From Promethearchaeota archaeon (GTDB taxonomy: Archaea; Asgardarchaeota; Lokiarchaeia; Sigyniarchaeales; SOKP01), in contig JAEOSU010000076.1 in assembly GCA_016840165.1 (NCBI GenBank), positions 32,001-96,000 of the forward strand: DNA of 64,000 nt, written 5' to 3'. Position 1 is the first letter of the stretch, and each line of letters starts with the position of its first letter. Below are positions 58,201-64,000 of this stretch, piece by piece. The notes under the pieces were generated by a model. The model was not told the DNA's origin, searched no databases, and saw only the letters and a list, made by a program, of their open reading frames with translations. The translations under genes were made by a program, and so were the position numbers.

Positions 58201-58249
58201 TTAAGGGCAATTTAATCATTAACTCTAGTTGTGTATTTAATTGTTCCAA
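55223..58249 (-). CDS. alaS: Alanine--tRNA ligase, archaeal type
   Basis: C..CG..FW...CGD..C, IASI..FQP, QFCLRFNDI, DMGMGQER, EHTRT, editing HTATH and ACGGTH, GKGGG in C-Ala. Confidence 0.96.
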   Translation of the reverse strand: MEQLNTQLELMIKLPLNEELKDLKDLQSDKKIKKAFKEIASKNPDKYFPTQELRKLGYMRKQCEHCGTYFWTQLKERTVCGDPVCSGGFQIIEKNPAKVKLSYIGVWEKIVEILEPRGYVPINRYPCVARWNPTSEFTIASISAFQPYVITGEVEPPAKKLIIPQFCLRFNDIENVGLTGAHLCGFTMIGQHFFGSPEEWDQGQLFKDIHDFIHIGVGLPKEEITIHEDSWAGGGSFGCSLEFFSRGIELFNQVYTMYEQTSEGPKELSLKVLDMGMGQERVAWFSQGTPNIYEATFPYVISKLREITQIKLDLELYNDFSKYSAYLNYDEVENMDVAWQKVADKLNFQVSDLKSKILPMTALYSIAEHTRTLLFAINDGKLPSNMGGGYNLRVIFRRAISFIDHFQWDIDLAQVCRWHAEELHGLFPELSEHLGEIQEILEVEKEKYYENKKKAGKILEKRIKDGDISVETLIELYDSRGISPDLVKETAKKLGISIKIPENFYNLVVEKHEMKEKEQEITKEVELDLKNVPETKALYYYDYTITSNKAKVLKIIDNNAILDQTVAYPTSGGQLHDIGNIDDQPFQNVYKQGNHIVHVLDESPQFNEGDEVTVEVDKSWRYQLSQHHTATHIVNAAAREILGDHINQAGAKKTLKNSHLDITHYAQIPADELKQIEDISNKIVEKGIDLNLSFIPRSEAEKKYGMRIYQGGAVPGKMIRIVEIPGIDVEACGGTHLNNTAETGKIKITKSRKIQDGIIRLTFTAGEATKRYEEKQEKILKHLEEKFGVNREFVVGRINELINKWKKLNKALEQLKFGKVKNSDLQLTSKEKFTGDILSELAIVLKTKKEDKIPKENIPFRIEKFFSEWEEAKKKLKELQNIFSKEYIDNIINNAEKFSSFNLILKHFDNISQKDLNTLGKNIMKYSEDIIAIFISTIKNGIILLGMMGKQPSNKLNLNMGSFIKEFSERFNGKGGGSIDYGQALIKDCKNKGSELLHMIREDLEKLI

Positions 58250-58424
58250 TAATTAGAAAAATTTATTATCTCCTAAAATTTTTCGCATTATATTTGATAC
58301 AAGTTTAAACTTCATGTATAACTTTGATTAAAATTGATTTTTTCCATGAGAACAATAGGTTTAAATAAAATAAAAGTAGATTAGTATTATTAGTTAATCC
58401 ATAATCAAAAAGGAGTGATATTAA

Positions 58425-58790
58425 ATGACTTTCCCATATTACGATCCATTTGGAGCTCTTGGAGCAATTCTCGGGATCCTTATTGTAGTTATTATTGCTT
58501 CATGTGTAATTCAAATAGCAATTGCAGTTTGGGTCTATAATGATGCTAAAAAGAGAAATATGGACCCAACAATGTGGCTTGCAATCACTTTATTAGCAGG
58601 GTGTATAGGTTGTATTATTTATTTAGTAGTAAGAGATCCTATTGCTACGGAAACTACCCCTATGGCTAAAGAACCGTATGATAATAAAGCTGAACTAGCA
58701 CAATTAGAAAAAGGTACATTCTGTAGCAATTGTGGTAGTGAGATACCAGCCGGAGCTAAATTTTGTCCTTCTTGCGGTAATCCACGATAA
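58425..58790 (+). CDS. Membrane protein with a C-terminal zinc ribbon
   Basis: WVYNDAKKR.M...W, IIYLVVR; FCSNCG...AKFCPSCG. Confidence 0.85.
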   Translation: MTFPYYDPFGALGAILGILIVVIIASCVIQIAIAVWVYNDAKKRNMDPTMWLAITLLAGCIGCIIYLVVRDPIATETTPMAKEPYDNKAELAQLEKGTFCSNCGSEIPAGAKFCPSCGNPR

Positions 58791-58792
58791 TT

Positions 58793-59251
58793 TCATAAAT
58801 CTTCCAAGTCTAATGATTGAAAACGAGAATATCCTTGCTTAACCAAATCATAATCTAAATATTCTATTTTATTTGGTATTATTTTCAAAATAAGTTTTCT
58901 TTTACCCCGTACTATTTTCTGAGCTTTTTCAAATTCTTCATCTCGTTCTCTCAGAAAGATAAGATTATCTACGCCTTCAGTGGTAATCTGCATCCCTTGA
59001 ATTTTTCCAGAATCTAAAGGAGAATAGATGCCAATACTAACAATAGGATTTTGTTCAATATTAGTAACTTTTCTTCCAGGGGCAAGTCCTACATATATAT
59101 TATAGTTTTCATGGGAATTTTCCATGTAAAAATCCATCGGAGTAGCACGGGGAATATTATTTAAACATGTACATAAGACTAGCACTTTTCTTTTATTTAG
59201 AAATGCTCTAATTTCTTCTTTTAATAGATTATCGGGCATTTTTTTGTTCAA
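58793..59251 (-). CDS. Pyridoxamine 5'-phosphate oxidase-like (split barrel) protein
   Basis: LVLCT...PRATP, RK..NI..NP.VS, GMQI. Confidence 0.8.
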   Translation of the reverse strand: MNKKMPDNLLKEEIRAFLNKRKVLVLCTCLNNIPRATPMDFYMENSHENYNIYVGLAPGRKVTNIEQNPIVSIGIYSPLDSGKIQGMQITTEGVDNLIFLRERDEEFEKAQKIVRGKRKLILKIIPNKIEYLDYDLVKQGYSRFQSLDLEDL

Positions 59252-59331
59252 AACAAATCACCTATTAATTAGTAATTCCCATCATTAATAGGGATTATGT
59301 TTATGTATCCTGTTCTTTTAAAAGAAGATAA

Positions 59332-60468
59332 TTAAAGTAATTTACTATCTGGAAATCCAGTATTGTCTACTGCAGCACGCACATACGGAGAGATTGGTCC
59401 TCTTCCCAATGCCATAATTCTTATTTTTGCACCAAGAGAAGGATTTAATGCAGTTCCAAATTTTAATGAAGCTTCCTTCGGAATTTCATTAGATATAGTA
59501 GAAATTATTTTATCCATCTTTGATAATGATAATTTATGATCCCCGGAAACGGATACAATACATTTATCTATTTTATTAGGATCAGGTTCTAATAGAGGAT
59601 TATTCAAGGCGAGGTGCGCTTTATTGATTAAGTCTTTCTCGTCACCTAATGATTCTGTTATACCGATGAGTCCACTAGGGTATGCACCGTTCTTTTCAAG
59701 TACCTTTCTCACATCAGCATAATCAATATTTATTAAGCCACAATTATTGATTAAATTTAAAATTTCTTTTATGCTTCTGATTAAGACTTCATCCATTATT
59801 TTAAATCCAGATAAAACTGGCAGTTTTTCATTAAATCTCAATAAATTATCATTCGGAACAGTTATAAGGGTGTCAGTATTTTTCACGAGTCCCTTTAATC
59901 CTCTTTGGGCTCGTGATCTCCTCTCACTACCTTCTGAAGAAAAGGGAATCGAACAAAATGTAACTACTGTTGCATTATTTTTTTTTGCTTCTCTTGCAAT
60001 AATCGGAGCTGCTCCAGTTCCAGTCCCTCCACCCAATCCGTACGTTAAAAATATGACATCCGCATTCAAAGCTTCGGCTAGTCTTTCTACATCCTCCTCT
60101 GCCGCTGATGCTCCGATTTCTGGATCATTACCTGAGCCCAATCCATTACATATTTCCTTCCCAATTAATATTTTATTAGTAGCATTGGAATAATAAAGGT
60201 CGTGAGCATCAGTATTGATATTAAGAGTCTCCACGCAGTCCGTTTTGAATTCTTGCATTCTCGAAACTGTATTATTACCCGCTCCTCCAATTCCAACAAC
60301 TATAGATTTAATTTTTAGGACTTCCAATAAATCGGATAGATATTTATCGCTATCTAAATTTGCATTTTGATTATCTATTTTATTTTTGCGAGCAATTTCA
60401 TTAAATCTTGATCGTATTGATAGTCGTGATTTTACTACTTCCTTTAGATCAAACTCATCGTTCGACAT
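59332..60468 (-). CDS. ftsZ: FtsZ family GTPase (divergent)
   Basis: GIGGAGNN, INTDA..L, GLGSG.DP..G, GLGGGTGTGAAP, PF..EG, PNDNL, T7 loop GLINIDYADV. Confidence 0.92.
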   Translation of the reverse strand: MSNDEFDLKEVVKSRLSIRSRFNEIARKNKIDNQNANLDSDKYLSDLLEVLKIKSIVVGIGGAGNNTVSRMQEFKTDCVETLNINTDAHDLYYSNATNKILIGKEICNGLGSGNDPEIGASAAEEDVERLAEALNADVIFLTYGLGGGTGTGAAPIIAREAKKNNATVVTFCSIPFSSEGSERRSRAQRGLKGLVKNTDTLITVPNDNLLRFNEKLPVLSGFKIMDEVLIRSIKEILNLINNCGLINIDYADVRKVLEKNGAYPSGLIGITESLGDEKDLINKAHLALNNPLLEPDPNKIDKCIVSVSGDHKLSLSKMDKIISTISNEIPKEASLKFGTALNPSLGAKIRIMALGRGPISPYVRAAVDNTGFPDSKLL

Positions 60469-60664
60469 TCACAACATCCGTTTTAAAAACTAATTTGTTT
60501 TATAATATGAGTATTATATCCATATAATATAGCGTAGTAATATGCATGTAATATCATCTATATTTAGGTTAAAGAAATTACTTAATTTGTGCGAAGAAAA
60601 GTAAATAGATAAAAGTACTAAAATTTATAAGAATAGATTTTCATGTTAAATATGTTAGGGGTTA

Positions 60665-60907
60665 TTGGTAATGGAAATTGATATTAATGAAAAGAACAAT
60701 GATAAGGCTTCTAGTGGGTCAGATAATAATATAATCAGTGTTAGAGTTATTATTAGTTGTCCTACTGGCGATTATAAAAAAAAGTTTAGAAATCAATTTC
60801 CCCGAGATCAAATGGACCTCTTTTTGGTTTCTGCTCGAGTTTTTGATTGGATGACATGTCCTCTTTGTGGAGAACTTTTGAATTGTAATTTTGAGTTTAA
60901 TATCTAA
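60665..60907 (+). CDS. Small hypothetical protein, possibly metal-binding
   Basis: 80 aa; SCP...W.TCPLCGELL.C. Confidence 0.65.
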   Translation: MVMEIDINEKNNDKASSGSDNNIISVRVIISCPTGDYKKKFRNQFPRDQMDLFLVSARVFDWMTCPLCGELLNCNFEFNI

Positions 60908-60950
60908 TCTTGTTTTAATAAAGATAATAGTATCACATTTAGAGTAGATT

Positions 60951-62267
60951 TTAAATGTCTAAATCAAGTTTGATGGACCCATACTTTCCCCCTCCGCCAG
61001 GAGTATAAATAATCTGGTCATTTCTCATAGCTTCTATTATTTCACCAATTTTTTTGTCATAGTTGTTAATTTTGTTTAAGGACAAATCAATTAAAATTTC
61101 ATATTCGGGTCCTAATTGAGAGATCATCTTTTCATAAGCATTTAAAACGGTCTTACTAGTACTGCTTTTAACATTTTTAACTGAGCGAATAATATCGATT
61201 AATGGAATCGCATTGATATAAGGAGGACGGTGATTGGGATGTTGAGCTTTATTATATGAAGAAATCGTTTCGATTCTTTCATATACTCCCAACTTAATTT
61301 TAAAGTTCTTACTAGTTTTTTCCTTACAAGCAGGGCATATCATTTTTCCTTTAGCAACGGTATTGATAAACTCTTTTCGCGCACGCTCTAAATCTTTAGA
61401 ATAGTATTCAACGAATTGAGGAGTGATACGGTACTTATTAAAAATTGAGGTGGTAGATTCATTGATTTTTTTAAAAATTATTCGTCGTCGACATTTATAG
61501 CAAAACATATTGTAATATTTACCTAGTTTTGGATGTAAACCTACATTAAGAATAATTCTTCGAGAATCTTTTCTTCGCAGAGCGGATTCAATTTCCTCGA
61601 ATGAAGGATTATCAATTTCAATCCTATTAAATTCTCTTCCCAAAGAACGTGGTGATTGCGAATGAGCATCACTGTTACTGAGAAATGATACGTCTTTTAG
61701 ACATTCTAAACGATCTGCTAAATCTGTGTTAGCAGAAAGTCCTAGTTCAATAAATGAGACTTTTTTTAATGCATGATGGTAGCAGTCCTCTAAATTACTA
61801 TATTGATTTTGACGAAATATTGCTTTGAAAGGAGTAAATGCATGTGCTGGACCAATGATACCCCCTATATCTGTAATTTCATCCACTAACTCAGCAGGAG
61901 CTAAATTTACTCTTGGTCTCCCTCCCCATTCATTAAATAAATTTTTTGAATGATTCCTTAGCTTTTTTTGTGCCTTAATTACGCTTTGAAAGTCGGGAAG
62001 GAGAACTACATGATGGATATTTTCCATATCTTCTATTTCAGTTTGTAAAATGAAAAAAATATCATCATATTGATAGGCACCTTCAGGAGTTTTTTGAAGG
62101 TTATGTTGCATATATTTTAACCACTCGGGTTGTAATATATCTCCGGTTCCTAATATCTGGAGGCCTTTCTGTTTGCATGTAGCAACCATAGTATCCAAAT
62201 TCAGAGATTGCGACACTGCGATTGAATGAGGACTATGGATATGAAGATCTGCGTTAAAAATTTGCAT
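60951..62267 (-). CDS. Endonuclease Q family (PHP domain)
   Basis: ADLHIHS, GTGD, E.E...HH, PAHAFTP, ELGLSA, SNSDAHS, GRE.N, GKY...C..C...CP.C...G...R, PGGGG.YG. Confidence 0.9.
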   Translation of the reverse strand: MQIFNADLHIHSPHSIAVSQSLNLDTMVATCKQKGLQILGTGDILQPEWLKYMQHNLQKTPEGAYQYDDIFFILQTEIEDMENIHHVVLLPDFQSVIKAQKKLRNHSKNLFNEWGGRPRVNLAPAELVDEITDIGGIIGPAHAFTPFKAIFRQNQYSNLEDCYHHALKKVSFIELGLSANTDLADRLECLKDVSFLSNSDAHSQSPRSLGREFNRIEIDNPSFEEIESALRRKDSRRIILNVGLHPKLGKYYNMFCYKCRRRIIFKKINESTTSIFNKYRITPQFVEYYSKDLERARKEFINTVAKGKMICPACKEKTSKNFKIKLGVYERIETISSYNKAQHPNHRPPYINAIPLIDIIRSVKNVKSSTSKTVLNAYEKMISQLGPEYEILIDLSLNKINNYDKKIGEIIEAMRNDQIIYTPGGGGKYGSIKLDLDI

Positions 62268-62326
62268 TATTTTAGCAAAAACTCGATTTCCTTTAAAATT
62301 TAATTATTAAAATATTATCAGCAAAT

Positions 62327-63385
62327 TCATTGCTGATTTAGTTTAATTTCACGCCATTTTTCTGCATTCTCAATGTCATTTAATTTTTCATAGCAAGTAA
62401 TGAGATCTTCAATGACATCATGCTCAACAGGATTAAGAGAGAATAATCTTTCGTAATACTGAACAGCAGTAGCAAAATTTTCTTGTTGGTAATGAATTTT
62501 AGCGACTTTTTTCAAGGCATTTTCGAATTCGGGAAATATTTCAAGAGCTATATTGTAATACTTCAGGGCCTGAGAATAATCTTGTAGTAGTTCGTAAGAA
62601 AATCCAAGATTTTCATAAAGAACTGGATCATCATCCTTCAGAGTAAGTGCCTTATTAAATGCTTCAATCGCCTTTATGTAATTCTCCTTAAATAAGTAGC
62701 ATAATCCTATATAATTCCAGGCTCTTAGAAGGTAAGGATCCAATTCTAAAGCTTTTGAAAAAGAATTGATGGCTATATCATATTCTCTTATTTCATAGGC
62801 AATTTCTCCAAAATCAAACCATAAAGCTGCATGATCTGGAGCTAAATTTAGTGCTTTTTTATTATAAAATATGGCTTTTGTGAAATCCTTTAAATCAAAA
62901 TATATAGAAGATAAATTATTGTATAATATTGGGTCGTCTGGATTGATTCTGATAGCTTTTTCATAGCTTCTTATTGCTTCATCATGTTGGTTAAGGTCTT
63001 TATAAAGAAGTGCCATATTATTTAGTGCATCTATATAACTTGGATCATATTCCAAAGATTTCTTATAATATTCTAATGCATCATCATAGTCTTCTTTTTC
63101 TTCATAGGCACATGCAATATTATAATAAACTATTGCGTCCTCAGGATCTAATTTAAGTGCACGAAAATATGACTCAACTGCATTTTCTAACTCACCTTTC
63201 ATTGAATAAGACAGCCCTAAATTGTTCCATACTTCTGAATAATAAGGATTAATGTCAAGAGCTTTTTTATAGCTAATTATTGCATTGTCAAAATCATCCT
63301 CATCATAATATGCATCTCCCAGATTAATCCAAGTGTCTAAATCATTAGGATCGTGCTTTAATGATTCTTTAAATCGTTCGATCAT
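62327..63385 (-). CDS. Tetratricopeptide repeat protein
   Basis: About 9-10 regular 34-aa TPRs (W.NLG..Y...A...Y.KAL...P). Confidence 0.93.
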   Translation of the reverse strand: MIERFKESLKHDPNDLDTWINLGDAYYDEDDFDNAIISYKKALDINPYYSEVWNNLGLSYSMKGELENAVESYFRALKLDPEDAIVYYNIACAYEEKEDYDDALEYYKKSLEYDPSYIDALNNMALLYKDLNQHDEAIRSYEKAIRINPDDPILYNNLSSIYFDLKDFTKAIFYNKKALNLAPDHAALWFDFGEIAYEIREYDIAINSFSKALELDPYLLRAWNYIGLCYLFKENYIKAIEAFNKALTLKDDDPVLYENLGFSYELLQDYSQALKYYNIALEIFPEFENALKKVAKIHYQQENFATAVQYYERLFSLNPVEHDVIEDLITCYEKLNDIENAEKWREIKLNQQ

Positions 63386-63450
63386 AATTTCTTAATTTTT
63401 AAAATGCTAAATATCTAAAATCTTTTTGGAAAATATTTAATAACCGATTT

Positions 63451-63999
63451 CTAAGTTAAAATAATCATTTTATCAGTAACTTGATTCTCCAATAATATTC
63501 GAAAATATTCTTGCTCATCTTTGTATTTGACTTTTTCTAATTTACCTTTTATGAGAACAATTTCATCTTTTACCGCTTGTTCACAAAATCTCCCACGGAA
63601 GGAACACACTTCATTGATTCTGTCCAGAGAAATTTGCTGTTTATTGGTTAGGGAAGATATTATCTTTAATGGCTCTATTCTATAGCTACACGGTGTAAAA
63701 ATTGAATCTGTTGAATCTGTAATTTGTGCTTTAATATGAATCCTTCCCAAATTCTTAAAATTATAATCATAATAATTACCCTTCCAATCTTTTGGGCTTT
63801 TAATATATCGTATAAAAAAATCTATTTCCTTAAATTTCCCTTGATGCTGTTTTCTCATTTCAGTTTGTAAAAATGTTGTAAAAGGAATATCAGAGCCTCC
63901 CACACGCCAAATATAGTGATTTTTGTACTCTTCCATCTTATACTTACGACATCCATTTGGTATATTAAAGATCTGCTTTAGAGATTTTTGAAAATTTAG
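63451..63999 (-). CDS. C-terminal part of an archaeal protein, possibly nucleotidyltransferase-domain family; partial
   Basis: The frame stays open from the track ATG (63936) to the window end. C-terminus SIFTP..Y...SFRGRFCEQA...V...GKLE.V resembles the OB-like tail of archaeal nucleotidyltransferase-domain proteins. Confidence 0.6.
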   Translation of the reverse strand, partial: LNFQKSLKQIFNIPNGCRKYKMEEYKNHYIWRVGGSDIPFTTFLQTEMRKQHQGKFKEIDFFIRYIKSPKDWKGNYYDYNFKNLGRIHIKAQITDSTDSIFTPCSYRIEPLKIISSLTNKQQISLDRINEVCSFRGRFCEQAVKDEIVLIKGKLEKVKYKDEQEYFRILLENQVTDKMIILT

Positions 64000-64000
64000 A

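Noticed and set aside
1137-60193. About 30 short track ORFs overlapping longer genes (e.g. 1137-1346, 5849-6085, 14109-14519, 30468-30731, 55518-55988, 59747-60193)
   Set aside because: They are antisense or off-frame shadows of well-supported genes, Ser/Phe/Ile-rich and without motifs.
1-64000. CRISPR array, IS/transposase, integrase, provirus, rRNA or tRNA
   Set aside because: I saw no regularly spaced repeats, recombinase motifs or GC-rich structural RNA blocks. This was a reading by eye; tRNAscan-SE and a CRISPR finder would confirm.

Overview
AT-rich, gene-dense archaeal chromosomal segment. The gene content points to an Asgard archaeon, most likely Lokiarchaeia: schizorhodopsin, two Rab-like small GTPases (one fused to a longin/uDENN-like domain), an alpha-SNAP-like helical repeat protein, CdhE/AcsC, archaeal AlaRS, DTD2, EndoQ and a divergent FtsZ. 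The flanks (about 1-17 kb and 49.5-64 kb) hold housekeeping and hypothetical genes. The centre (about 18.6-49.4 kb) is a 31-kb sulfur-relay, thiol-redox and O2/NO-stress island. It contains TusA-IscS-IscU (IscU fused to a degenerate TrxR domain), a CoA-disulfide reductase-rhodanese-TusA-rhodanese fusion, rubrerythrin, and a chain of rubredoxin reductase, rubredoxins, flavodiiron protein and acyl-CoA dehydrogenase. It also holds an atypical CODH with an hcp-type ferredoxin partner, Isf, two glutaredoxins, a ferredoxin:thioredoxin reductase subunit, a schizorhodopsin, two CCG (HdrD-like) proteins, three PDOs with TrxR, Hsp20 and two Cys-tailed Lrp regulators. Items missing from the ORF track: a rubredoxin, two small proteins, the P-loop half of a GTPase, three genes that appear to start at AUA/AUU/AUC behind strong Shine-Dalgarno motifs, and a ~145-nt structured RNA candidate with its own TATA box. 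I recognised no rRNA, tRNA, CRISPR array or mobile element. All family calls come from reading motifs by eye; no database search was run.
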